64,000 bases of DNA from an uncultured Nitrososphaerota archaeon (GTDB lineage Archaea > Thermoproteota > Nitrososphaeria > Nitrososphaerales > Nitrosopumilaceae), in the NCBI GenBank assembly GCA_963824385.1, contig CAWGPD010000002.1, positions 96,001-160,000 on the forward strand. The letters run 5' to 3'. The notes beneath the pieces are model-generated. The model was given only the letters and a program-made list of their open reading frames with translations, made no database searches and was not told where the DNA came from. Each line of letters opens with the position of its first letter. Position 1 is the first letter of the stretch. Shown here in pieces: positions 33,993 through 43,933 of the stretch. A program made the translations under genes and the position numbers.

Positions 33993-34490
33993 TTGCTAAA
34001 TAAAGGAAGAATAGTAATTTTGGCGTGTTTTGCTGGTCTTGGTGCAATGATGTTATTTTTCTATCTTTATGCAAATTCTTTTCAAGGTGAACTTGAAAAG
34101 GTAACTATTCAAGTTGATAGTGTAAATGTTCTTAATGAGAATAAATTGAATAAACGTGCACAGCTTGATGTAAGATTTGATCTTCAAAATCCCAGTTCCC
34201 TTACATTGACTGTTTCAGACATTAATTATGAATTGTTTACAAATGGAAAGAGTCTTGGAGATGGACATTTGTCAACAGAGGATATTCCAGAAGCTGGTAG
34301 ACCTGTCCTTTTTGCAAATAACAATGCGACTTTACCTGATACATTTGATCTTGTAGATAGTGATAATATTGCCAATGAATATTCTGCCATAACGAGTCAT
34401 CAACCAGTAAAATATGAAATAAAAGGCCAAGTAACTATACAATCATTTTTAACGGAAATTACCAAAGATTTTGATGTAACCGTTGGTTAG
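33993..34490 (+). CDS. Membrane-anchored LEA_2/WHy-domain-like protein
   Basis: N-terminal TM; FDLQNPS...INYELFTNGKSLGDG. Confidence 0.7.
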   Translation: MLNKGRIVILACFAGLGAMMLFFYLYANSFQGELEKVTIQVDSVNVLNENKLNKRAQLDVRFDLQNPSSLTLTVSDINYELFTNGKSLGDGHLSTEDIPEAGRPVLFANNNATLPDTFDLVDSDNIANEYSAITSHQPVKYEIKGQVTIQSFLTEITKDFDVTVG

Positions 34491-34886
34491 CCTAAACCCC
34501 AACTAATTTTGGTTTTGGGTGTAATTTTTACAAAAGGCGCTTCATTTTCTTTCCAAGGATCTTCTCTAACCCATGCAAATTTTTTATAAAATATCTCGTA
34601 GAGTTTTTTGAACTGCGGGCCTTTCTCAATAAAAGTAGTAGAACCCTGAACAACAACAGACTTTGTGTTTTGCGGGTAAGTAAACATCTACAGAAATTGC
34701 AATTTTATCATTCTTTTTGAGATTTGCATACTTTTTGGTATCATAGTCTGTTGCAAAGTAAAAAAAACCATCCTCGAAATAATATGATACAGGAGCAATA
34801 TGCGGTACATTTTTTGTGCATGTAGCAATTCTACAGCCTTCATTTTCCTTAAGAAATTGTGATTCTTTTATGGTAAATTTTAACAC
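34487..34886 (-). CDS. Pyridoxamine 5'-phosphate oxidase-like (FMN/F420 split-barrel) protein (frameshift ~34660)
   Basis: CRIAT..PHIAPV..FYFAT..KKYANL, then KAVVVQG...VKITP...SWG in the second frame. Confidence 0.82.
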
Positions 34887-34919
34887 ATATTGTAACTATT
34901 TACATGAAATAAAAAGAAA

Positions 34920-34993
34920 TGGGCCGAGAGAGATTTGAACTCTCGACCACCCCCGTGTCAGGGGGGTATCCTACCAGGCTAGACCATCGGCCC
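34920..34993 (-). tRNA. tRNA-Val(GAC)
   Basis: Reverse complement GGGCCGA...CCCCC-CT GAC AC-GGGGG...GAGAG TTCAAAT CTCTC TCGGCCC A; full cloverleaf, no encoded CCA. Confidence 0.96.
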
Positions 34994-35073
34994 AATAGAA
35001 TTCGACCTTACTCTAGACGTTATTAACGTTTAAGAAAACAAGAATAATATGCAATGTATCAAGTGACTATTGT

Positions 35074-35784
35074 ATGATTGGTGATTTTTCACCAGAGGAA
35101 AAAGATGGCTTTTACAAAGCAGTCTTTTCTAGACGTGATGTTAGGTCCCACTTTACTTCAGAATCAATCGATGAAGGAATACTTACACGAATACTAAATG
35201 CTGCACATCATGCTCCATCTGTGGGATTTTCTCAGCCTTGGAATTTTATCCTCATTAAAAATGAGGAAACGCGAAAGCAGGTACGAGATTCATTTGATAA
35301 AGAACGAATTCGTGCTTCTACTCTTATCGAGGATCCAAAAAGATCAAAGTATCTGTCACTTAGACTCCAAGGAATTTTGGATTGTGCAGTAAATGTTTGC
35401 ATAACGTATGATCCCACAAAATTTGGTCCCTTTGTTATAGGAAGATCAAGTATTCCGGAAACAGGTATCTATAGTGTTTGTTGTGCTATACAAAATCTCT
35501 GGCTTGCAGCAAGGGCAGAAGGAATTGGTGTTGGTTGGGTTAGTATACTTTCAAATGATGATCTTAAGAGAATTCTTGAAATTCCAGATCATGTAGTTCC
35601 TGTTGCTTATCTATGTCTTGGTCATGTATCGAATTTTGCAGAAAAGCCAGATCTAGAGAGTGCAGGATGGTTACCACGTCTTGGTTTGAAAGATGTTATC
35701 TTTTATGAAAAATGGAATAAAGAAGATGATCCTAACTGGCAACAAATTCATGAGATGATTGTATCAAATCTTGATTACGCTTAA
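35074..35784 (+). CDS. bluB: 5,6-dimethylbenzimidazole synthase
   Basis: RRDVRSHF, AHHAPSVGFSQPWNF, YSVCCAIQNLWLAARAEG.GVGWVS. Confidence 0.92.
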   Translation: MIGDFSPEEKDGFYKAVFSRRDVRSHFTSESIDEGILTRILNAAHHAPSVGFSQPWNFILIKNEETRKQVRDSFDKERIRASTLIEDPKRSKYLSLRLQGILDCAVNVCITYDPTKFGPFVIGRSSIPETGIYSVCCAIQNLWLAARAEGIGVGWVSILSNDDLKRILEIPDHVVPVAYLCLGHVSNFAEKPDLESAGWLPRLGLKDVIFYEKWNKEDDPNWQQIHEMIVSNLDYA

Positions 35785-35809
35785 ATGCTTACTAGTTCTG
35801 ATTTTTTCT

Positions 35810-35902
35810 GGGCTCGTAGCGCAGAGTCATATTGACGCGAAACATGGATAGCGCAGTAGCCTCCTAAGTTACAGGTCGAGGGATCGAAGCCCTCCGAGCC
35901 CG
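35810..35902 (+). tRNA. tRNA-Arg(CCT) with an 18-nt non-canonical intron in the D-loop (35825-35842)
   Basis: Acceptor GGGCTCG/CGAGCCC, D-stem GCGC/GCGC, anticodon arm GTAGC-CT CCT AA-GTTAC, T-arm GAGGG-ATCGAAG-CCCTC; TTAAAT TATA-like box at ~35781. Confidence 0.92.
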
Positions 35903-35922
35903 TCTTATTTTAAATTAAAAAG

Positions 35923-36351
35923 TTAGGTTGAAGTTGTTCCAGATGAAGTACTATTCACTAGAACAGATTTGTAGATATCAACGGTATAATCTCCCTCAAA
36001 GATATGAATTACGTTGTTACCCTCAACAGATGTTATTCTGAAATGTTGGTCATAGGAGCCATCGCTTGCTACGTTGGTTTGTGCAAAGTAAACTGGCTTG
36101 TCATTTTGATATATCTGAATTATAACAGGATATCCTGGAGCAGCATTTTGTACTGTTCCCCAAACACCGCCAAACGGCAAAGGACTATCTGCTGGAATAT
36201 GCATGTAAATTATACTTTTTTGTAAGATAACATTTTGTTGAGATAAGGTTTGAATCCATTCCGTACCTTGTGAAGTTTGCAATGCCATACTTGGAAATAA
36301 AAGTATAAAGAATCCAAAAATTGCTCCCAAAAGTAATTTCATACCAGTCAT
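35923..36351 (-). CDS. Secreted hypothetical protein (Ig-like)
   Basis: Signal peptide; VWGTV..PVIIQIY..DGSY..F beta-sandwich pattern. Confidence 0.65.
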   Translation of the reverse strand: MTGMKLLLGAIFGFFILLFPSMALQTSQGTEWIQTLSQQNVILQKSIIYMHIPADSPLPFGGVWGTVQNAAPGYPVIIQIYQNDKPVYFAQTNVASDGSYDQHFRITSVEGNNVIHIFEGDYTVDIYKSVLVNSTSSGTTST

Positions 36352-36516
36352 TATGTATTGTTAAATATTAAGATGACGCATTAGATATCTATCATTTGAT
36401 ATCAGAAGAAAAACTAAACGATGGATGCAAGTGCGACTGCCATTATGGGGGGGCAATAAGTCTGTCCTTCATGTAAAGAGAATCATGGTAAACATTTCTG
36501 TGCACATTGTAAGTAA

Positions 36517-36812
36517 CTATTTCTTTCTTTTTGCGCTTTCCTTTGCTGCTAAAGCTTTCAAATTGGCAAGATCCACTTTTAGTTTTTCAATCTCAACAAG
36601 TGTTTGAAGACTTGAGATCTCTGATTTTAGATTTCCAATTTCTTCATCTTTATTTTTAAGCGAGCTTCTAAGTGAATCCAACTCAGCGTTTAATTCAGAT
36701 TTTGCTTGACTAATCTGACTAGATGTCATCTGCAAAGTTTGTTGGTTACTGCTATAGTTAGTTAGCTTTTTTTTTCTTCGTGTATATGTTCATGGCCTTC
36801 ACCACTATGCAT
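36517..36812 (-). CDS. Small coiled-coil protein (probable frameshift in the A9 run ~36770; start uncertain)
   Basis: Heptad-rich ORF 36517-36735 whose frame stays open upstream to the A9 run. Confidence 0.5.
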
Positions 36813-36816
36813 ATAG

Positions 36817-36975
36817 TCAGCGCTTTTTTGAGCCAACCAGCATATAGCTGACTAGGAACCATGCAGCTGTGATGAAAACTGATACAGTAAAATGAACTGC
36901 ATCGGGAAGTATGAAATACAAGATTGTTAGAGCTGTAGCGAGACAACCAACTACTATTGTAGGAATCTGTCCCAT
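36817..36975 (-). CDS. 52-aa two-TM membrane protein
   Basis: MGQIPTIVVGCLATALTILYFILPDAVHFTVSVFITAAWFLVSYMLVGSKKR*; TTTATA box ~25 nt upstream. Below the ORF-track cut-off. Confidence 0.6.
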   Translation of the reverse strand: MGQIPTIVVGCLATALTILYFILPDAVHFTVSVFITAAWFLVSYMLVGSKKR

Positions 36976-37063
36976 GAATTTATCTCTAGAGTAGTAGAAT
37001 ATAAATAGTAATGGAGATTTTCATAGCAAAAAATGACTGGGTAAAAATGAAAAAGGGGTTATG

Positions 37064-37321
37064 CTAGTCACTGCTTTTAGTAGTTTTTCCTTGTACGATC
37101 TCTATTTCAGGAACTTCAGACTGTAAAATCTTTATTTTTTGTAGAAGTTCATTTCTAAGATCTCTAGCTACTCGTCTTACGGTTGGTCTTGGAACCCCCA
37201 GTTCTTCTACTACTTTTGAGTAGATATCTTGTTTATCTGTTAAGCCTTTGTCAAGCAGTTCGTTAATTGCTTGTTTGATGCTTGTGCTTTGAGTAGTACG
37301 ATTCACGAATTTTATTTTCAA
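37064..37321 (-). CDS. Small HTH-like conserved protein
   Basis: DIYSKVVEELGVPRPTVRRVARDL helix-turn-helix pattern. Confidence 0.65.
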   Translation of the reverse strand: MKIKFVNRTTQSTSIKQAINELLDKGLTDKQDIYSKVVEELGVPRPTVRRVARDLRNELLQKIKILQSEVPEIEIVQGKTTKSSD

Positions 37322-37572
37322 GATGTTCTATATAAGACTGTTACTATGATTTTTGTAATAATTTTCATACATGAAAGTTTGACTTCACAAAAACAAAATT
37401 GTATGTATCATAGGATTATGTGTTTGAAGAAATTTTACAAGCAAGATTTTATCTTAAATGTTTTTATCTCACTAATCTGTTGTAATCATACAGAATTAGT
37501 TAATTGAACTAGAACCTCACTGCATAGTAAAGTGGAGTAAAGTTCTTATGATTAAAAAGTAAATGTCAAAAT

Positions 37573-38054
37573 ATGCCCAAGGCTACTATTGAAACAAATT
37601 TTGGTAACATAGTCTTTGAATTATTTCCAAATATTGCTCCAGAAACTGTCAGAAATTTTACCAAATTGGCAAAAAGTAACTTTTATGATGGCACATTATT
37701 TCATCGTGTAATTCCAGGCTTTATGATTCAGGGAGGAGACCCTAATACAAAAAAATCAGACAAGAGTAAGTGGGGTATGGGTGGACCAGGATATACTATA
37801 AAGGCAGAATTTAGTCTCCAGATCTCATCTTAGAGGAATAGTATCAATGGCAAGAGTGCACGGATCCTAATAGTGCAGGTTCTCAGTTTTACATAGTAAC
37901 TACAGATAGTACCTTCCTTGACAAGCAGTATACTGTCTTTGGACAAGTTCTACAAGGAATGGATGTAGCAGATAAGATTGTAAAGCTTCCAAGAGACAAA
38001 AACGACTGTCCACAGCAAGAAGCAAAGATTATTCGCCTAAGTATATCAGAGTAG
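37573..38054 (+). CDS. Cyclophilin-type peptidyl-prolyl isomerase (frameshifts ~37815, ~37858)
   Basis: [23 protein letters not shown], then [32 protein letters not shown] in shifted frames. Confidence 0.92.
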
Positions 38055-38063
38055 GAATTAGAG

Positions 38064-39078
38064 TTGAAAATTCTTCTTAGTCTTCTTGTTGTATCAATAT
38101 TGATTCTTTCAGGCTCCCAAGCATTTGGTCAACAATTATCCATGGGTGTTGCTCCTCACGAAGTTGTCAAGGTTACCATTGATGAAACAGGTACTGCACA
38201 CGTAACACATGTAATCAACTCTACTGGTGGAAATTCTAATCCAATTCAAGTGGACTTGATAAATGGTAACATGAACAATCTTAATGTTACAGATACTGAT
38301 GGTAATTCTGTTGGATATTTGAAGAACGAAGGTACTCCATTATCTATAATCATTAATCCCTCACAACGAGATGTGACTTTGATCAAGTATGACCTAACAA
38401 ATGTTGTAACAAATACTGATGGCGTGTGGAAATGGAATTATTATGAACCACAAGATTCTGGCTTTACTGCATTTCATTTTCCACAAGGAGTTGATATGAT
38501 CTGGGCAAATGGGAGACCGGTATATCTTGGAGATAAGGGTCTAGGGCAAAATGGAAATGGATTTACATTAGAGTATGTCATAAATGAACCTGTAAATATT
38601 CAGACTGTTCAATTAGCAGGTAATAATGTTGCAGTAGGAGTAAGAACTGTTTCAGGATTAGGAAATTATGCTTTTGATCAATCACTACAAGCATACTCAT
38701 TTAACGTAAACAAGGCAAATGTACCAGTTGTTGTTATAATGCCTCAGGTTCTTTTATCCAAACCATACGCTGTGACAATTAATGGACATCCTGCCTTGAA
38801 CCAAGTATTTTATAATAATGCAACACATGCATGGATAGGATTCGAATCAGCCAATGGTGGAATAGTTCAGATAACAGGAGCCCAAGGCAATCAAACTGGA
38901 ATTCCACTTGGTCCACCATATACAGCACCAACAGGTAATGCTGCAATAAGTGAAGCTGACACCTAGCTCATCCGACAATACATCAATTTATCTTTTAATT
39001 GGAGGTATTATTGCAGCAGGAATAGTTGGAATTATAATAGTAAAGAAAATGAGATCAAAGCCAGCTACCAAGTCCTAA
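38064..39078 (+). CDS. Exported membrane-anchored surface protein (frameshift ~38963)
   Basis: Signal peptide, beta-rich body; C-terminal TM (YLLIGGIIAAGIVGIIIV-KKMRSK) in the next frame ending at 39078. Confidence 0.72.
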
Positions 39079-39132
39079 ATCGTTTAGTAATACCAAAATT
39101 TTCACCTTTAGATTATTAATAGCAAAAGAACA

Positions 39133-39324
39133 ATGAACTACATGCAATGTGGTTGTCATTGTATAAAATGTGGCAGTATGGAATTGTCATCACAACGAGT
39201 TGGAGAGATTGAAAAAGATGGATACTATGATATGCATCATACCTGTCTTAAATGCAAAGTACATTTTGATCATCTAGAGGGCGATGTCTTTGAGTCGTGT
39301 GAAAAGTGTGGATTTAATCTCTAA
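39133..39324 (+). CDS. Small Cys/His-rich metal-binding protein
   Basis: CGCHCIKC...HHTCLKC..HFDH...CEKC (8 Cys, 5 His in 63 aa). Confidence 0.72.
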   Translation: MNYMQCGCHCIKCGSMELSSQRVGEIEKDGYYDMHHTCLKCKVHFDHLEGDVFESCEKCGFNL

Positions 39325-39815
39325 TTGACTTGAAGTAACTTTACTTTGGAATAATAACTGCGCTTATCCCTCAGATCCTTTTGAAGCTCATGAGTAAAGG
39401 CCATGTTTGTAAGTACTTTTGATACGTCTAGTGGAACTGTAGACCAACCATATTCTCTTAGCTGTGCTACCACCTCAGAGACTGTTCTTGCCTTATCAAA
39501 GAAAGCATCTTCAATTAGTGTCTGCATTTTGTTTCTAATCTGATCTTTGTCAACAAATGTAGGTGTAGCAAATTCAGGTTCATGAACCTCAGCATCATCA
39601 AGTGAATGTAGTAATCCAGTTGTGTGTGATGGTGACTGGTCATAGGAATATTCGTATTGAATATTGTTACTGGTAGAGTCTTTGACAAATGATGTCAGAT
39701 TACAGATGACTTGATCTATGCTTTCATTATCTATATAGAAGTCCTTTGATTCTATCTCAATTTCATTTTGACCGTATTTTATCTTAATTCTTGCCATTTT
39801 GTAACTTTCAATCAT
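39321..39815 (-). CDS. Conserved hypothetical protein with C-terminal wHTH-like segment
   Basis: ARIKIKYGQNEIEIES N-terminus; RTVSEVVAQLREYGW..DVSKVL. Confidence 0.65.
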   Translation of the reverse strand: MIESYKMARIKIKYGQNEIEIESKDFYIDNESIDQVICNLTSFVKDSTSNNIQYEYSYDQSPSHTTGLLHSLDDAEVHEPEFATPTFVDKDQIRNKMQTLIEDAFFDKARTVSEVVAQLREYGWSTVPLDVSKVLTNMAFTHELQKDLRDKRSYYSKVKLLQVN

Positions 39816-39935
39816 GATTGATTTGATTTATTTTATTAGCTCTAAGTAGCTTAGAAAACTGATCAAAATATTTACACAACTTATTGGGATTTTTTTTCTA
39901 TATAGTACTAAAAGCAAATATTTTGACTTAATATC

Positions 39936-40409
39936 GTGGAAAGACGTTCAAAGGCAATAATCATTGCAGTGTGTATTGTTGCAGTAGTAGGAGTATTTGC
40001 TTATTCTCAATATCTATTTGCCGTTCATACGAGTATCTCTATACTTGATAGTAAAATAATACAGAGAAATGATAACAATTCACTATACAATATGACACTT
40101 CAATTCCAGAATCCTTCAATGATTCCTATTAACGTAGGACAGACAGACTTTGTCATATCAGTTAATAATGAAAATCTTGGGACGGGTACACTGCAACCAC
40201 TTGTAATACCACCCATGGGAAAGATTTCCTCACAAGCAGCATTTACTGCAGATAATACAATTCTTGACAAATACAACAAAAGTAATAATATTCCAAATGT
40301 CAAGTTAACTGGAACAAGCAAGTATGGAATATCTGGAATATCAGTTAATGTTCCATTCACATATTATCCAACACAACAAGAAGTCTAGCGAATTTATACA
40401 CGGTTCTTA
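39936..40409 (+). CDS. Membrane-anchored LEA_2/WHy-domain-like protein (frameshift ~40384)
   Basis: N-terminal TM; LQFQNPS...FVISVNNENLGTG. Removing one base extends it to EASEFIHGS*. Confidence 0.68.
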
Positions 40410-40422
40410 AAACTAGAAAAAT

Positions 40423-41316
40423 ATGCTTACTGTATTTGGATCAATAGCTTATGATACGATAAGAACTCCTACCAAAATTGTTAAAAATGCATTAGGAGGA
40501 GCAGCAACATATGCTGCAATTTCTGCAAGTTTCTTTGTCAAACCTGGCTTGATTGGAGTTGTGGGTCAGGATTTTCCAAAAAGTTATCAAAATATACTGG
40601 AGAGATTTGTTGATACGCGTGGAGTAGTTCATGCAAAAGGTAAGACGTTCAGATATGATGGAAGTTATGATTCAACTTTAAGTCTACGAACGACTAACAA
40701 GACTGAACTAAATGTATTGAAAGATTTCAAACCTGTTGTACCAGAAGAGTATCGTAGATCAGAATTTGTATATCTTGCAAACAATGATCCTGCTCAGAAT
40801 ACTAGAATCATAAAGGAATTTGACAAGGTCAAGTTTTCCATGTGTGATACCATAGAATTTTGGATATCAAGTAAAAAAGATGATGTAATCAAGATGATGG
40901 GTTCTGTGGATTCAGTTGTAATCAATGATGAAGAGGCAAAATTGCTTACGAAGACCCATAATTTGATCAAGGCTGCAAAAAAAATCATGGAATGGGGAAC
41001 AAAGTATGTAATAATAAAAAAAGGTGAACATGGGTCTTTGTTGTTTTATGATGACATCATATTTCCATCACCTGCTTTTTCAATGGAAGATATTGTAGAT
41101 CCTACAGGCGCAGGCGACTCTTTTGCAGGAGGAATGATAGGATATCTTTCAAGTAAAAACAGCACAAAAATGTCAACGATTAGAGAGGCTGCAGTATATG
41201 GAAACATTATGGGTTCATTTGCCGTAGAGAAATACGGAGTGTATGGGATAACAGGATTGAAAAAATCTAACATTACGAAAAGATTTGACAGATACAAAAA
41301 AATGGTCCACTTCTAA
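40423..41316 (+). CDS. PfkB/ribokinase-family kinase
   Basis: GGAATYAA, INDEEA, VDPTGAGDSFAGG. Confidence 0.92.
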   Translation: MLTVFGSIAYDTIRTPTKIVKNALGGAATYAAISASFFVKPGLIGVVGQDFPKSYQNILERFVDTRGVVHAKGKTFRYDGSYDSTLSLRTTNKTELNVLKDFKPVVPEEYRRSEFVYLANNDPAQNTRIIKEFDKVKFSMCDTIEFWISSKKDDVIKMMGSVDSVVINDEEAKLLTKTHNLIKAAKKIMEWGTKYVIIKKGEHGSLLFYDDIIFPSPAFSMEDIVDPTGAGDSFAGGMIGYLSSKNSTKMSTIREAAVYGNIMGSFAVEKYGVYGITGLKKSNITKRFDRYKKMVHF

Positions 41317-41351
41317 CAAAGGTTATAGATATCAAATTAAAAAATAAAGTA

Positions 41352-41684
41352 ATGGATGATAAGCTAGATACAATTTTCAAGCTTCAAAAAAACCTAGAGA
41401 AAATGATGAATCTTGAGCGTTATCCAAAAGATACTCAAGGAAAGATTTCTGCACTTTGCACAGCAATAATTCATGAGGCAGTTGAGCTCCAGAGAAATAC
41501 AAATTGGAAATGGTGGAAAAAACCTACAGCATTTGATGAAGCGGAAGCTCGTGAAGAGTTGATAGATATTTGGCATTTTGTCATTCAGGCATCACTTGAG
41601 CTTAACATGACACCAGATGATATTCTAAAAGAATATCAAAAAAAGAATCAGATAAACAGACAAAGACAGATAGACGGTTACTGA
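41352..41684 (+). CDS. All-alpha (dimeric) dUTPase / MazG-like NTP pyrophosphatase
   Basis: HEAVEL..NWKWWK, EELIDIWHF, YQKKNQINRQRQ..GY. Confidence 0.85.
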   Translation: MDDKLDTIFKLQKNLEKMMNLERYPKDTQGKISALCTAIIHEAVELQRNTNWKWWKKPTAFDEAEAREELIDIWHFVIQASLELNMTPDDILKEYQKKNQINRQRQIDGY

Positions 41685-42166
41685 ATTTGCTTCAAAGTCT
41701 TGATTGTATTCTTTAGTTGAGAAATACTAGTCTCACCAATTTTATTGATAATTTTTACTTGCTCCTGAAATTTGGACACTTCTTTTTTTGTAATTGTCAA
41801 CATTGGATGCGGGCTTACTGAACCAATAATTTTGTGATCTTGATCTAGTCCATTTTTATACAAACAAAGAAGAGAATCTCCCGATTTGTGCCCTATCGTA
41901 TCCTTTCCACAAAGTATGATTGTATCAATTTTTTCATTTGATATTACAGATTTTATAAGAGAGTCTATTCCCTTATTTTCAGAAAGCAGTCTACCAGCTA
42001 TTGCAATCTCTTTGATAATATCTGAATGTGTAATATCTTTTAGAAGATCAATGCTTGATAGAGTACAAATTGCAATATTTGATGCAGATTCTCCAAAGAA
42101 TACTTCCTCCTCTATTGGAAGAAGGATTCTACACAATTCTCCTGCAATATCTTCAATCAGATTCAT
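41678..42166 (-). CDS. Standalone MtrA-like (tetrahydromethanopterin S-methyltransferase subunit A fold) protein
   Basis: AICTLSS, G.L.SENKGI..I..VISN, LCGKD..GH..GDSL..LYKNG, IIGS....P; no TM anchor. Confidence 0.8.
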   Translation of the reverse strand: MNLIEDIAGELCRILLPIEEEVFFGESASNIAICTLSSIDLLKDITHSDIIKEIAIAGRLLSENKGIDSLIKSVISNEKIDTIILCGKDTIGHKSGDSLLCLYKNGLDQDHKIIGSVSPHPMLTITKKEVSKFQEQVKIINKIGETSISQLKNTIKTLKQIQ

Positions 42167-43251
42167 CTTTTAGTTAACTTGTGTAATACTTTGGAAATGT
42201 AATGTAGATCATTTTCTGTAACCAAAGGGTTTACTGGCAAACTTAGGACAGAGTTAGCAGCCCAATCAGTAAGAGGAAGTTTGAGATCTTTTTTGTAAAA
42301 TGGAGTCTTGTGTACTGGAATTGGATAGTATGCAGTTGCTCCTATGTCTTGTGCGTTTAGTTGTTTCATTAGTTTATTTCGATTTGCAGTAGCAATTGTA
42401 TAAAGATACCAATTTACATTAACACCATCTCTTTCTTCAGGCAAGATAACATTCAGATCAGATAATAATTCATTGAGTATTGTTGCATTCTTCTTTCTTT
42501 TTTCTAGGAACTTTGGAAGTTTTTTCATCTGAACTTTCACTATTGCAGCACAAATTTCTGGAAGTCTTAGATTTAGTCCAAGTATTCTGGTATCATACCC
42601 ATGAAGCATTCCATGGTTTCGAATCTTGCGCAGTTTTTCAAAGAGAATTTTATCATCTGTAACTATAGCCCCACCTTCTCCAGATGTCATAACCTTAGCA
42701 GCATACATGCTAAAGCAACCCATTTTTGAAAATGTTCCAGATTGTTTTTTCTTGTATGTGGTTCCTAATGATTGACATGCATCTTCTATTATCTCAAGAT
42801 TATGCTTATCTGCAATTTCAGAAATTTCATCCATGTATGAAAAATTCCCATATAGATGAACTGGCATTATTGCTTTAGATTTTTTTGTAATTTTCTTTTT
42901 AAGATCACTTGGATCCATAGTATAATTTTCTGGACGTATATCAACAAATACGGGCTTTGCTCCAACTGATACAATAGCGTTAGCAGTTGCTACAAATGTA
43001 AATGACGGTATCAAAACTTCATCTCCTTGTTTTATGTCAAGGGCATAAAGTGCGGCTTGTAGTGCGGCTGTCCCAGAATTTACTGCTATTGCATATTTTG
43101 ATTTTACAAAAGAAGCCAAAAGTTGTTCAAATTCTTGTACTCTCTTTCCACCAGCATTTGCAGCAGATGTAAGAGATTTCTCTGTTAATACCAATCGTAC
43201 TTCATTTATTTCGTCTTTTTCGATAATTGGTATATTTATTGGAATTTTCAA
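42163..43251 (-). CDS. DegT/DnrJ/EryC1/StrS PLP sugar aminotransferase
   Basis: NSGTAAL, TFVATAN, PVHLYG, IEDACQS, FSMYAAKVMTSGEGG. Confidence 0.93.
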   Translation of the reverse strand: MKIPINIPIIEKDEINEVRLVLTEKSLTSAANAGGKRVQEFEQLLASFVKSKYAIAVNSGTAALQAALYALDIKQGDEVLIPSFTFVATANAIVSVGAKPVFVDIRPENYTMDPSDLKKKITKKSKAIMPVHLYGNFSYMDEISEIADKHNLEIIEDACQSLGTTYKKKQSGTFSKMGCFSMYAAKVMTSGEGGAIVTDDKILFEKLRKIRNHGMLHGYDTRILGLNLRLPEICAAIVKVQMKKLPKFLEKRKKNATILNELLSDLNVILPEERDGVNVNWYLYTIATANRNKLMKQLNAQDIGATAYYPIPVHKTPFYKKDLKLPLTDWAANSVLSLPVNPLVTENDLHYISKVLHKLTKR

Positions 43252-43336
43252 TAATACAGTAGAAAATTTTACGCTATAATTAAACTTCCTAAATTAAAAC
43301 CAATTCTTATATTTTAGAGATATACATCGAGATCAA

Positions 43337-43900
43337 ATGAAAGTACATCTTCAAGAAAATGATCCTAGTTACAAGATATTTTTGTATGTTTTCTATATTA
43401 GTGCGTTCATAATGTGTTCTATCACCATTTTTGGATTTTATGCTATGATTCAGGAATGGTCTACCAAGGGCACATATGTAATGGGAGAGGTACTTGTCAA
43501 GACAGAATTTCCAACTCCTCATTTTGCCAAGTTAATGACATGGTTATTTTTTTCAGCAATTGTCAGTTGGTATTGTGTCTCACGAATAGGTTGGAAAAGG
43601 ACAGTTACTGTCTCAAAATGGAAGCTTGCAATGGTACAACTAATGCTCTTGGGATTAACAGTAATTACACTCTATGAAACAATTTACAATTTTATTCTTC
43701 TTAGTTCTCAGATCACTGCAGGAATGATAAACGGAGTAACTCCAGATATTGATTCACTCACAGTAGCTTATCCAGATCCTAATAGGCCATGGAATCTTAT
43801 CTTTGCAACAAAGATATTTCTTGCTGCATTTTTGATTAGTGCACATGCATTCTATCTTAGTACACGTCCTAGAAAGTCAGTTCAAGAACTAGATGCTTAA
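43337..43900 (+). CDS. Conserved hypothetical membrane protein (4 TM)
   Basis: 187-aa hydrophobic ORF. Confidence 0.7.
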   Translation: MKVHLQENDPSYKIFLYVFYISAFIMCSITIFGFYAMIQEWSTKGTYVMGEVLVKTEFPTPHFAKLMTWLFFSAIVSWYCVSRIGWKRTVTVSKWKLAMVQLMLLGLTVITLYETIYNFILLSSQITAGMINGVTPDIDSLTVAYPDPNRPWNLIFATKIFLAAFLISAHAFYLSTRPRKSVQELDA

Positions 43901-43933
43901 ATTTATAGGAATACATGTTGGAATCTGACTAAA

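Noticed and set aside
34920..39100. Integrated element at the tRNAs
   Set aside because: No integrase, transposase or duplicated tRNA 3' end was seen.
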